Positions 49,700 through 59,362 of a stretch of DNA of 64,000 nt are shown one piece after another. This DNA comes from an uncultured Candidatus Entotheonella sp. Its GTDB lineage: Bacteria > Tectomicrobia > Entotheonellia > Entotheonellales > Entotheonellaceae. A program made the position numbers and the translations under genes. The notes below the pieces were generated by a model. That model was not told the DNA's origin, searched no databases, and was given only the letters and a program-made list of their open reading frames with translations. The first letter of the stretch is position 1, and every line of letters starts with the position of its first letter. The stretch is from assembly GCA_965215335.1 (NCBI GenBank), contig CBDCDA010000001.1:1376001-1440000 (forward strand), read 5' to 3'.

Positions 49700-50140
49700 T
49701 CAGTCGCGCTGGATCTGGATCTGACGCAGGACGGCCACCTTTTCACCGTTCTGATTGGTCAACTCGCTCTCGCGTACGACAAAAATCATGTTGCCGCTGC
49801 GTCCGGTCTTCTCGTACACCTCGGCGATGCGGTCCACCCCGGTGATGGTGTCACCCGGACGGATCGGGGTGTGGAATACGCATTCCTTGCCGCCGTCAAA
49901 GGCGCGCGCGCCGTAGCTGAGCTTGAGGTCGGGCAGCGCCGCGTTGCTGCGGAACACCACGCAAAACGTCGACGGCGCCACGATGCCGCCATAGGGTGTC
50001 GTCTTGGCGTAGGCCGTATCGCAATACAGCGGGTTCGTCTCGCCCACCGAGGCGGCGAACTCGGCGATGTCTTCCTGCGTGACCGCGAAGGAATAGCGAT
50101 CGAAGTCCTTGCCGATCCAACTGGTGTCGAACGTCAGCAT
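49700..50140 (-). CDS. MaoC/FAS1-like dehydratase subunit
   Basis: FAASVGETNPLY, APSTF, PIRPGDTI, KTGRSG, NQNGEKV. Confidence 0.85.
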   Translation of the reverse strand: MLTFDTSWIGKDFDRYSFAVTQEDIAEFAASVGETNPLYCDTAYAKTTPYGGIVAPSTFCVVFRSNAALPDLKLSYGARAFDGGKECVFHTPIRPGDTITGVDRIAEVYEKTGRSGNMIFVVRESELTNQNGEKVAVLRQIQIQRD

Positions 50141-51171
50141 GCGCTCCGTCTCTCCTTGTCTGGTTGTCGCCCTAACGCCGCCGGCTCGGCGTATTGGCGT
50201 ATGGAGGCTTCCACCGCGCTGACGTCCTCGGCGCTGCCGATGAACAGCGGTACGCGCTGGTGCAGGGCGGTCGGTTGCCGCGCCAGCACGTCCTCGCTGC
50301 CGGTGCTGGCGCGCCCGCCCGCCACCTCGGCGATGCGGGCCAGCGGGGCCGCTTCGTAGAGCAGCCGCAGTTTGCCATTCGGGGCGTTGCGATTGTCGGC
50401 GGGGTACAGAAACAAGCCACCGTACAGCAGTGTGCGGTGAAAATCCGCCACCAGCGAGCCGACGTAGCGGGCGCTGTAGGTGGACAGCCCGTCGGGGTTC
50501 TTGAGGGCGTCGATGTAGCGCTGCACGCCGGCGCACCAGCACGGGTAGTTGGCCTCGTTGGCGCTGTAGATCGTGCCGCGCTCGGGCATGCGCAGGTTTT
50601 CGTGCGTCAGGCGGAAGGCGCCGACACCGACGTCGAGCGTAAAGCTGTGCACCCCGGAGCCGGCGGCGTAGACGAACAGCGTGCTGGAGCCGTACAGTGC
50701 GTAACCGGCGGCGATTTGGCGGCTGCCGCCCTGCAGCAGGTCCGACATGGTGGCGTCGGTGCTGCGGGCTCGGTAGATGGAGAAAATGGTGCCGATGGTG
50801 ATTCCCGCGTCGATGTTGGAGGAGCCGTCCAGGGGGTCGAACAGCACGACGTACGGCCCGCGCGGCTCATGCGACGCCAGGAACAGCGGGTGCTCGGCCT
50901 CCTCGGAGGCCAGGGCGCAGACGTGGCCGCAGGACCGCAGGGTGTCGATCAGCATGTCGTGTGCCAGCACGTCGAGCTTGCGCACCGCCTCGCCCTGCAC
51001 GTTGTGTTCGCCGGTGAAACCGAGAATGTCGACCAGCCCGGCGCGGTTGACCTCGCGAGCGATGCGTTGGGCCGCCGAGGCCAGGGTGGTGAGCAGGCCC
51101 GCCAAATCGTCATTCCCGCACAAGCGGGAATCCATCAGGTGTCGAGACAGCGTCATGCCCTTGCGATCCAT
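50134..51171 (-). CDS. fbp: Class I fructose-1,6-bisphosphatase
   Basis: NVQGE..KLDV, SEE, FDPLDGSSNID, RYVGSLVADFHR, KLRLLYEAAP. Confidence 0.94.
   Translation of the reverse strand: MDRKGMTLSRHLMDSRLCGNDDLAGLLTTLASAAQRIAREVNRAGLVDILGFTGEHNVQGEAVRKLDVLAHDMLIDTLRSCGHVCALASEEAEHPLFLASHEPRGPYVVLFDPLDGSSNIDAGITIGTIFSIYRARSTDATMSDLLQGGSRQIAAGYALYGSSTLFVYAAGSGVHSFTLDVGVGAFRLTHENLRMPERGTIYSANEANYPCWCAGVQRYIDALKNPDGLSTYSARYVGSLVADFHRTLLYGGLFLYPADNRNAPNGKLRLLYEAAPLARIAEVAGGRASTGSEDVLARQPTALHQRVPLFIGSAEDVSAVEASIRQYAEPAALGRQPDKERRSAC
51109..51135. repeat. REP-like palindrome inside the fbp coding sequence
   Basis: GTCATTCCCGC-ACAA-GCGGGAATCCAT, translating to MDSRLCGND on the minus strand. Confidence 0.6.
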
Positions 51172-51391
51172 GACGACTCCTTGCTATGGATTTCTTGTCG
51201 TTTCCATCGCTTTCGGGAGCACCAAGTCTAGCAGAAAACCCGCCCGCATGCCCAAGGACGGCGCCCCGCGGACGACGCCGCACCTTGCCTTTGCAGGGGA
51301 AAATGCGCACAATGCCGGACCCGTCCGGACACTCCAGCGCGCCGCTGAGACAGACCGTCAAACGCGCTTACGTATCAAGGAAGGAGCCCCC

Positions 51392-52411
51392 ATGAGCACA
51401 CACGAACTTGCCGCCGTGGCCCGCGCCCTGGTTGCCGAGGGCAAAGGCATTCTGGCTGCCGATGAGAGCACCGGCACGATCGCGCGGCGCTTCGATACCA
51501 TTAACGTCGCCTCGACCCCGGAGAACCGACGCGCCTACCGCGAGTTGCTGTTCACCACGCCGGAGGTGGAGGCGTACATCAGCGGCGTCATCCTGTACGA
51601 TGAGACCATCCGGCAACGGAGTAGCGACGGCACCCTCTTCCCGGCGCTGCTGGCCGGGCGCGGCATCATGCCGGGCATCAAGGTGGATACCGGCACCTCG
51701 GACCTGGCGGGCTTTCCGGGCGAGAAGATCACAGAGGGCCTCGACGGCCTCGCCAAGCGGCTGGACGAGTACCGCGAGATGGGTGCACGGTTCGCCAAAT
51801 GGCGGGCGGTGGTCACCATCGGCCCCGGTCGCCCGACACCGTACGGCATCGCAGCCAACGCGCACGCCCTGGCGCGCTACGCGGCGCTGTCGCAGCAGGC
51901 CGGCCTGGTGCCGATCGTCGAACCCGAGGTGCTGATGGACGGCGACCACACGATCGAGCGCTGCGCCGCGGTCACCTTGACGACCCTGCGGCGTGTGTTC
52001 AACGAACTGCACGAGCACCGCGTGCTGCTGGAGGGCATGCTGCTGAAACCCAGCATGGTGCTGGCGGGCAAGGACTGCCCGCAACAGGCCGGCGTGGATG
52101 AGGTGGCGACGGCGACCCTGGCCTGCTTCCGGCAGGCCATCCCGGCGGCGGTGCCGGGCATCGTGTTCCTCTCCGGCGGCCAGAGCGCCGTGCAGGCCAC
52201 TGCGCACCTCAACGCCATGAACACGCGCGGCGGGCATCCCTGGGAGATCAGCTTTTCCTACGGCCGGGCGCTACAAGGACCGGTTCTGGAGGCATGGCAG
52301 GGACAGGCGGCCAACGTGCCCGCCGCCCGGAAGTTCTTCCAGCAGCGCGCCCGATGCAACGGTGCGGCGCGATACGGCAAGTACGCCGAGCACATGGAAG
52401 AAGCCGCGTAG
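51392..52411 (+). CDS. Class I fructose-bisphosphate aldolase
   Basis: GKGILAADES, GIKVD, AKWR, VPIVEPEV, LLKPSM, FLSGGQ, FSYGRALQ; AAGGAG RBS. Confidence 0.95.
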   Translation: MSTHELAAVARALVAEGKGILAADESTGTIARRFDTINVASTPENRRAYRELLFTTPEVEAYISGVILYDETIRQRSSDGTLFPALLAGRGIMPGIKVDTGTSDLAGFPGEKITEGLDGLAKRLDEYREMGARFAKWRAVVTIGPGRPTPYGIAANAHALARYAALSQQAGLVPIVEPEVLMDGDHTIERCAAVTLTTLRRVFNELHEHRVLLEGMLLKPSMVLAGKDCPQQAGVDEVATATLACFRQAIPAAVPGIVFLSGGQSAVQATAHLNAMNTRGGHPWEISFSYGRALQGPVLEAWQGQAANVPAARKFFQQRARCNGAARYGKYAEHMEEAA

Positions 52412-52486
52412 TATTGCGTTGCCGCTCGGATCGGAAGATAGGGTTCCAAGCGATCAATTCAAACCTTTAGATAGCGGATCTTTGCA

Positions 52487-53947
52487 ATGACGCGCCTGTC
52501 GCAAAAGGAAGCCGGTGCCTACTATACGCCAGACACCGTCGTTTCAAGCCTTACGCGGTGGGCCGTGCGTGGGGATACCGACCGTCTGTTGGATCCATCC
52601 TGCGGCGACGGGCGTTTCGTCGCTGCATGCCGAAATAGCGTCGGCATCGAACAGGACCCGAGCGCCGCGGCCGCAGCCGCAGAAAGGGCGCCTTGGGCAC
52701 TCATCCACGAGGGCGACTTCTTTGCCTGGGCCGCACATACCCACGAGCGTTTCGAGTGCGCCGTGGGCAATCCTCCCTTTATTCGCTATCAGACTTTCAA
52801 GGGCGAGGCTCGTAAACACGCCTTGCGGCTCTGCGCCGATCTCGGCGCGAAGTTTTCCGGGCTTACCGCTTCGTGGGCGCCGTTTCTCGTGGCGACCTCC
52901 AGCCTGTTGAAGCCAGGCGGGCGCATGGCTTTCGTCGTGCCGGCCGCAATCGGCCATGCTCCTTATGCCGCCCCACTGCTTGATTACGTGGTCGAACGAT
53001 TCGGCTCTGTGCAAATCATCGCGGTACGCAAGAAGCTGTTCCCGGAGCTGTCCGAGGATTGCTGGTTGCTCTTCGCCGACGGTTTCGGCGCCTCGACCGC
53101 CGAGATTCGCTTTACGGTACTTGATCGTTTTGAGCCTTCGGAGACACCACCCCGCGAAGCCGTCAGGGTTTCGGCCCACGAGTGGCGCCAGTCCTGGAAT
53201 CGTCGTCTTCGCCCTTACTTGCTGTCCCAAAACGCACGCGAATTCTATCGGACGGCTGCCTCGCATGCTGCCTCAATGCGCTTCGGAGAAATCGCTGAGA
53301 TCGGAATCGGGTACGTAAGCGGCGCGAACGAGTTCTTTCACCTCCGGCCTTCCCAGGCCGTAGCCTGGGACATTCCTGGGTGGCTCCTCTGTCCATCGGT
53401 GCGCAATGGTCGCGCGCTGCCAGATCAAGAGCTAACGGCAAGGACCATCGAGGAATGGCGCCGCTCCGACAGTCCCATGATGCTCCTGCGAATTCCCAAG
53501 AACGTGGAATTGCCGCCTGGCGTTTCAAAATACCTGGAATCCGATCTCGGAAAGCAGGCCCGCGAGGCATATAAGTGCCGGACACGCAATCCTTGGTATT
53601 CGGTCCCCCATGTCCGGGTGCCTGATTTCTTTCTTACCTACATGTCCGGGTTGATTCCGAACTTGGTCAGAAATCGTGCAGCGGTAAGTTGCACCAATGC
53701 CGTGCATGGCGTTCACGCGCGAAACAAGCGATCGATCTGGCGAGTCGTCGAAAGCTGGCGCACGCCATTTGTTCGCCTGAGCTGTGAACTCGAAGGTCAC
53801 CCACTCGGTGGCGGCATGCTGAAACTCGAACCGCGAGAGGCCGCCGGCATCGTTTTCCCCACGCCAGCCGTGGCTTCCAGGTTGTCGTCACCGGAGATAT
53901 TCGAAGCTGTTTCGACAATGCGTAGTTGGAGGCACTATGACGGCTGA
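52487..53947 (+). CDS. N6-adenine DNA methyltransferase (gamma class, Eco57I/XhoI-like)
   Basis: GAYYTP, LDPSCGDG (motif I), GNPPF (motif IV), GGGMLKLEP. Confidence 0.9.
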   Translation: MTRLSQKEAGAYYTPDTVVSSLTRWAVRGDTDRLLDPSCGDGRFVAACRNSVGIEQDPSAAAAAAERAPWALIHEGDFFAWAAHTHERFECAVGNPPFIRYQTFKGEARKHALRLCADLGAKFSGLTASWAPFLVATSSLLKPGGRMAFVVPAAIGHAPYAAPLLDYVVERFGSVQIIAVRKKLFPELSEDCWLLFADGFGASTAEIRFTVLDRFEPSETPPREAVRVSAHEWRQSWNRRLRPYLLSQNAREFYRTAASHAASMRFGEIAEIGIGYVSGANEFFHLRPSQAVAWDIPGWLLCPSVRNGRALPDQELTARTIEEWRRSDSPMMLLRIPKNVELPPGVSKYLESDLGKQAREAYKCRTRNPWYSVPHVRVPDFFLTYMSGLIPNLVRNRAAVSCTNAVHGVHARNKRSIWRVVESWRTPFVRLSCELEGHPLGGGMLKLEPREAAGIVFPTPAVASRLSSPEIFEAVSTMRSWRHYDG

Positions 53948-54869
53948 CAGTGGTCAGAGACCCTTCAGCGACTTCCGCGTCTGTCAATGGGTAAATCAGG
54001 CCGAAGCGCTCAGGCATTTCGCTGTCTACGATGGAAAGACGCAAAGCCAGCAACATATCAAGCCGCTGCACTGGTACGTCGCCTGCCGCCTCGTCCTGGA
54101 AGGCGGGTTTCATCCCGATGAAATTACTCCGCATCCGCCGTTTGCCGTGATTGAGCGAGGCGGCCAACACTTTGTCCTCTTCGATCCGGGCAAGGCAACC
54201 GGAGGCGAAACGACCGTCCTCGGCGGGCTGAAAACGAAAAAGGTCGACATCGTCGTCAACAAGGGCGGCATTGGTCCTGTCCTTGCGATTTCGTGCAAAG
54301 GGATGACTGGGGCGTTCCGAAACCTGACTAACCGCATGGAGGAGACAGTTGGCGAATGTACGAATCTCCACATTACCTACCCGGCCTTCGTATTTGGATA
54401 TTTGTTCATACTCCGAGCTAACCAAGCCCCCAGAACGACTGTTTCGAAAAGGGAAGGGCCGCCGCGAGAAATAGCCCGCAATGACGTTGCGGTCGGTCCA
54501 GAAGGTCAACCTGTTGAAGCAATCGCACGTTTTCATGCTGCGTTAACCGAGATCACCGGCAGGCGCGGAATCCGTGAAGACGCAAGTCGATACGAAGCGG
54601 TATCACTGGCAATGATCGGAATGCAGGGTGGCGACCTTGGCCAACCCTTGCCAGATTTCCCACCGTCCGACAGCCCCTTGCGCCTGGAACGGTTTTTCGA
54701 GGCTCTTTATCTGCGATATGACGAGCGTTACGTCTACAGTGCTCCTGATCTCAAGTCCGTTACCCGGCGCATAGAATGGTCGCCCGAGTCTCTGGCGTTC
54801 GCATCCAATACGGGTTCCAAGCTCGACTATGACGTCAGGCGCTCCATCGGCCCGAATCCTGACGCGTGA
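53937..54869 (+). CDS. Putative type II restriction endonuclease (PaeR7I/XhoI-like)
   Basis: TKKVDIV...AISCK...FRNLTNRMEETVG; overlaps the MTase stop. Confidence 0.7.
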   Translation: MTADSGQRPFSDFRVCQWVNQAEALRHFAVYDGKTQSQQHIKPLHWYVACRLVLEGGFHPDEITPHPPFAVIERGGQHFVLFDPGKATGGETTVLGGLKTKKVDIVVNKGGIGPVLAISCKGMTGAFRNLTNRMEETVGECTNLHITYPAFVFGYLFILRANQAPRTTVSKREGPPREIARNDVAVGPEGQPVEAIARFHAALTEITGRRGIREDASRYEAVSLAMIGMQGGDLGQPLPDFPPSDSPLRLERFFEALYLRYDERYVYSAPDLKSVTRRIEWSPESLAFASNTGSKLDYDVRRSIGPNPDA

Positions 54870-54895
54870 GCTGCTCGTACCCTTCAAGGTTCTGA

Positions 54896-55400
54896 ATGCC
54901 TGCCAACCTGCTGATTGCCAATCGTGGCGAGATTGCCGTCCGCATCCTTTCCTGCCGCGCGCCCGGCACGTCGAGGTGCAGATCGTCGGTGACGGCTCGG
55001 GGGCCGTCAGCCACTTGGGCGAACGCGATTGCAACATCCAGCGCCGCCACCAGAAACTCGTCGAAATCGCCCCGGCGCCCAGCCTGCCCGGCAGCCGGCG
55101 CCAGCGCCTCATCATCGCGGCCACCACCCTGGCTACGGTGCACTACGACAACAGCGGAATTTCGCGTCGCCGGCGTGCGCGTCCCCCGTTGCGTCGCCCC
55201 TGCAAGGCACCATCGTCAGTGTCGAGGTGCGCGAGGGTGCCACGGTGCAAACCGGACAACTGCTGGTAGTGGTGGAATCCATGAAAGTGGAGCACGAGGT
55301 TCACGCCGACGCGGGCGGCGGCGTGCGCCGCGGCGTCGCGAACGAGGGAGACGTCATCAACGCCGGAGAGCCGTTGTTGTTCGTGGAAACCGCGGCGTAG
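54896..55400 (+). pseudogene. Telescoped biotin carboxylase/biotin carrier remnant
   Basis: LLIANRGEIAVRI, RHVEVQ..GERDCNIQRRHQK and ESMKVE lie in three frames within about 500 bp. Confidence 0.85.
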
Positions 55401-55403
55401 GGG

Positions 55404-56111
55404 TCAGACCGTCCGCGGCTTCACAAGTACCAAATAACACACCGCCGCAATGCCTGCCGCGCCGGACGTCATGCACATCACCATGATCTGGTAGCGCACC
55501 GCGATGAGCGGCGATACGCCGGACAGGATCTGGCCGGTCATCATGCCTGGCAGAGCCACCAGTCCGACGGCGAAGAGCGAGTTGAGCAGCGGGATGAGCG
55601 CTGTCTGCAGGGCCGTGCGGCGCGCTTGCTCGTACGGCACCTGGTTGGCCGTTTCCGCCTCGAAGCGCTCCGCCGCCAGGCTCACGGTGTTCATGGCGTT
55701 GGAGAAGATCATGCCGCCCAGGGGCACCAGGTAGCGTGGCTCGAACCAGGGATCGAGCGCCAGCACGCCCTGGCTGACCAGAGCCAGCGTCAGCCCGCCG
55801 CCGAGTGCCATGGAGCCCAGCGCCTTGGCGTACCGCTGCCGGCGGTCGCCCGGCAGGGGACGCAGGGCGATCCAACTCGCGGCAATCAGCATGACGGCCA
55901 GCACCAGTATGACGAGTCCGGCATGCCGGGTTTCGAAGATATAGGTCAGGGCGTAGCCGACCAGCAACAGCTGCACCAGCATGCGCACCATGGCGTACAA
56001 CGTCGTGCCGACGCCCAGCGACCAGCGGTACAGCAGCACCATTACGACCGCCACCGGCAGAAAGACGAGCGCTAGCTGGGCGATCGAAATCAGTTGCACG
56101 GAGCTGTTCAT
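55404..56111 (-). CDS. FetB/YbbM-family ABC permease
   Basis: RMLVQLLLVG, PRYLVPLGGMIFSNAM, GLVALPGMMTGQILSG..P..AVRYQI. Confidence 0.88.
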   Translation of the reverse strand: MNSSVQLISIAQLALVFLPVAVVMVLLYRWSLGVGTTLYAMVRMLVQLLLVGYALTYIFETRHAGLVILVLAVMLIAASWIALRPLPGDRRQRYAKALGSMALGGGLTLALVSQGVLALDPWFEPRYLVPLGGMIFSNAMNTVSLAAERFEAETANQVPYEQARRTALQTALIPLLNSLFAVGLVALPGMMTGQILSGVSPLIAVRYQIMVMCMTSGAAGIAAVCYLVLVKPRTV

Positions 56112-56117
56112 AAGGGT

Positions 56118-56524
56118 TCAGCAGCAGCCGTTGAAGGTCGTGCCCGCCAGCGGCGCCCGGTCCGGCTCCCAGCCCCACGGGCGCGGCCCCCAATCCGGCT
56201 CGAAGATCTGCCCCCGCTTGACCGTCAGCACCGGCACGAAGGCGCGCCGCGCCGGCAGGCTGGCGCCCATCACGTCGTACACCACCCACTCGCCCTCCCG
56301 GATATCCAGCACCGAAATGTCGGCCTGGCGCCCCATGCCCAGGCGATGCTCGGCGCCGATGGCCTTGGCCGGGTTCTCGGTGCACATGGTCACCACCTGC
56401 TCCAGGGTGAAGCCGAGGGCGAGAAATGGGCAATCTTGCCCTCCTGAACGGCGATGTCGTGCCGCCCGCTCAGCCCGCCGGACGGGTCGACAACCGTGTC
56501 GCCTGTCAGCAACAGATCGTACAT
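56118..56524 (-). pseudogene. Amidohydrolase/dihydroorotase-like gene with large internal deletion
   Basis: AAGGAGG RBS plus MYDLLLTGDTVVDP...DIAVQEGKIA, joined out of frame to the C-terminus TENPAKAIG...ADISVL. Confidence 0.75.
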
Positions 56525-56652
56525 GCCGTGCCTCCTTGTTTCGGCGATGGGCGCCGGGATTCGCAAGGTGGCGTATTATGATGGGATTCACGACACAGGG
56601 GCAAGGTTGTTCTCTGGCGGCGGGCATCGCGGCGCCGCAGGGGGGAGGATCG

Positions 56653-57612
56653 ATGGAACTCGGGGACATGACGGACGTGGGCGTGGTGGGGGCCGGCACG
56701 ATGGGCGCGGGGATGGCCCAGGTATTCGCGCAGGCCGGGTACACGGTGCGGTGGTACAACCGTTCGGCGGCGGGGCTGCAACGCGGCTTGTCGCGCATCC
56801 GGGACAACCAGAGACTGCTGATTCGCCGCGGAGTGCTGACGGCAGGCCAGGCGGAAGCGGCGCTGGCGCGGCTGTGTCCCACCGAGGCGTTGGCTGACTT
56901 GGCCGGCGCGCAGTTGGTGTCGGAATCCATCGCCGAGGACCTGCCGGCCAAGCAGGCCTTGTTCCGGGCGCTCGACGGGCTATGTGGCGGCGCGACAATT
57001 TTCACCACCAACACCTCGGGGCTGTCCATCTCGCGCATCGCCGCAGCGGTGTCGCAGCCGGAGCGCTTCGCGGGGTTGCACTGCGCCAATCCGCCCCATA
57101 TCATTCCCGTTGTCGAAATCATCAAAGGAAAAGAGACGTCCGATGCCACCTGCGGGGTGCTGACGGCACTGGCGTGGCGCCTGGGCAAGCGCCCGGTGCT
57201 CGTGCAGCGTGAGGTGCCGGGGTTCGTATCCAACCGGCTGCAATTTGCGCTCCTGCGCGAAGCGCTGCACCTCGTCGAGGCCGGCGTGGCGTCGGCTGCC
57301 GACGTGGACGCGGCGATCAAGCACGGCATCGGCCTGCGCTGGGCGCTGTTCGGACCGCTCGAGATCGCCGACCTCGGCGGCCTGGACGTATTCGACGCCA
57401 TCGCCGGCTATCTGTTCCAGGACCTGAGCAACACCGCCGAGGTGTCACCGGTTCTGCGTAGCCGGGTCGCCGAAGGGCGGCTCGGGGTCAAGAGCGGCGA
57501 CGGTTTCCATGTGTACACACCGGAACAAGGCCAGGCTCTTGCGGCGTGGCGCGATGCCGGCTTGTTGGCGCTTCTGCGCGTGAAGCAGCCGGCGGGGGAC
57601 GGGCTCCCATGA
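56653..57612 (+). CDS. 3-hydroxyacyl-CoA dehydrogenase
   Basis: VVGAGTMG, ESIAE, TNTSG, H..NPP, GFVSNRLQ, GPLEIADLGG. Confidence 0.92.
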   Translation: MELGDMTDVGVVGAGTMGAGMAQVFAQAGYTVRWYNRSAAGLQRGLSRIRDNQRLLIRRGVLTAGQAEAALARLCPTEALADLAGAQLVSESIAEDLPAKQALFRALDGLCGGATIFTTNTSGLSISRIAAAVSQPERFAGLHCANPPHIIPVVEIIKGKETSDATCGVLTALAWRLGKRPVLVQREVPGFVSNRLQFALLREALHLVEAGVASAADVDAAIKHGIGLRWALFGPLEIADLGGLDVFDAIAGYLFQDLSNTAEVSPVLRSRVAEGRLGVKSGDGFHVYTPEQGQALAAWRDAGLLALLRVKQPAGDGLP

Positions 57613-58118
57613 GCGGCATTCGGGCTGAGGCCGCCGGCGATAGCGTCGCCATCCGCCGGGTGCATACCGAGGCGTTCGGGCGGCCCGACGAGGCCGATCT
57701 GGTCAACGCCCTGCGGTCCGCCGGCGCGTTGCGTATCTCTCTGGTGGCGGTCGAGGACGGCACCGTCGTCGGGCATGCCGCCTTCAGCCCGGTGGTTATC
57801 CGGGCCGGCGTGAGCACTCTTAACGGCCTGGGGCTGGCGCCGATGGCGGTGCTGTCGGGATGGCAGCGCCGCGGCATCGGCTCGCGGCTCGCGCGGGCGG
57901 GATTGGCGGCCTGCGGCGAAACGCCGTACGGCCTCGTCTTCGTGTTCGGCGCCCCGCGGTTCTATGGGCGTTTCGGTTTCGAACCGGCCAAGCCCCTGGG
58001 CCTCACCTGGGAACACGGCGGGCCACCGGACGCCTTCATGGTTCAGGCACTGCGAGCAGGTGCCCTGCGCGGCATTCGCGGTGTCGTGGCGTACCGGCCG
58101 GAATTCGGTGGTTTGTAA
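57609..58118 (+). CDS. GNAT N-acetyltransferase (YhbS-like)
   Basis: LAPMAV...QRRGIGS, FYGRFGF, YRPEF. Confidence 0.88.
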   Translation: MSGIRAEAAGDSVAIRRVHTEAFGRPDEADLVNALRSAGALRISLVAVEDGTVVGHAAFSPVVIRAGVSTLNGLGLAPMAVLSGWQRRGIGSRLARAGLAACGETPYGLVFVFGAPRFYGRFGFEPAKPLGLTWEHGGPPDAFMVQALRAGALRGIRGVVAYRPEFGGL

Positions 58119-58150
58119 AGCGGATGGGCAGTATCCAAGAGGAGCGAGGG

Positions 58151-59362
58151 ATGCGAATCGGCATGATGTGTCACGCCAGTTTCGGCGGTAGCGCCCGCAT
58201 TGGTATCGAATTGGCCATTGCGCTGGCTCGGCGCGGACATCAAGTGCACCTGTTTACCCGCACGACGCCCTTGGGCGGCTGGGACCGGTCGAATGGGGTA
58301 CTGCTGCACACCCTGCTGCCGGACGCCACCGACACCCTGCACCCGGCAACCCTGCATACCCGTTGGTCAGAGGGCGATCTGCAGCGCTATACCGAGGGCA
58401 TTTTGCAGGTTGTTGCCAACGAGCACCTGGACGTGCTACATTTCCACTATGCCGTGCCGTTTGCCTACGTGGCTCAGAACGTGCGCCGCTGCCTGGGTGA
58501 CGCCGCGCCGCGGCTGGTCGGCACGCTGCACGGCACCGACGTGACCCATTTCGGCAAGGACCCCGCGGTGGCGCCGAAACTGGCCGCCGCGCTGCGCTGC
58601 AACGACGTGCTGACGACCGTCTCCCGAAGCCACGCGCGCCTGGCCGCCTCGGTGTTCAGCCTGCCTTCCAGTCCACGTGTGGTCAGTAATTTCATCGACC
58701 TGGCGCGTTTCAAGCCCTGTCCGGAGGCGTTCCTGATCCCCGACGCGGCGCGACCGCGCCGCGTCGTCCACGTCTCCAATTTCAGGCCGATCAAGGACAC
58801 CCCAAGCGTGGCGCGCATTTTCCTGGGCATCAGGAAGCGTCTGGAAGCCGAGTTGTGGCTCGTCGGCAGCGGCGAGGACCTGCCCGCCATTCAGTCGCTG
58901 CTGGAAGGCAGCGACTATGCGGGCGACGTGTGCTATGCGGGCCTGCAGCGCGACGTGGTGCCCTTCTTGCGCGGTGCCGACCTGCTGCTCGTGACCAGCC
59001 TGTACGAAAGCTTTTGCCTGGTAGCGCTGGAGGCCATGGCGTGCGGCGTGCCGGTGCTCGCCACGCATGTGGGTGGCGTGCCAGAGGTGGTCATGCAGGG
59101 CCGTACCGGGCTGCTCTTCCCGCTTGGCGACCATGCCAGGGCCGTCGGCCTGGCCGTAGACCTGTTGACCGACCCGGCGCGGCATGAAGCCATGCGGCGG
59201 GCGGCCATCCGGCGCGCCGGTAGATTTGGTGTGGAACAGGGTGTGCGGGCCTACGAGTCGCTTTACCGGCCGCATGTTGAAGATAAGGTGAATGTTCATG
59301 CCCCAATTCAAGAAAACCGAGCGAACCCGCATACGCCGCATGCCGAAACGCGCTTCGTATGA
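58151..59362 (+). CDS. bshA: N-acetyl-alpha-D-glucosaminyl L-malate synthase-like GT4
   Basis: CHASFGGS, LDVLHFHYAVP, TLHGTDVT, HVSNFRPIK, ESFCLVALEAM match BshA signatures. Confidence 0.82.
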   Translation: MRIGMMCHASFGGSARIGIELAIALARRGHQVHLFTRTTPLGGWDRSNGVLLHTLLPDATDTLHPATLHTRWSEGDLQRYTEGILQVVANEHLDVLHFHYAVPFAYVAQNVRRCLGDAAPRLVGTLHGTDVTHFGKDPAVAPKLAAALRCNDVLTTVSRSHARLAASVFSLPSSPRVVSNFIDLARFKPCPEAFLIPDAARPRRVVHVSNFRPIKDTPSVARIFLGIRKRLEAELWLVGSGEDLPAIQSLLEGSDYAGDVCYAGLQRDVVPFLRGADLLLVTSLYESFCLVALEAMACGVPVLATHVGGVPEVVMQGRTGLLFPLGDHARAVGLAVDLLTDPARHEAMRRAAIRRAGRFGVEQGVRAYESLYRPHVEDKVNVHAPIQENRANPHTPHAETRFV

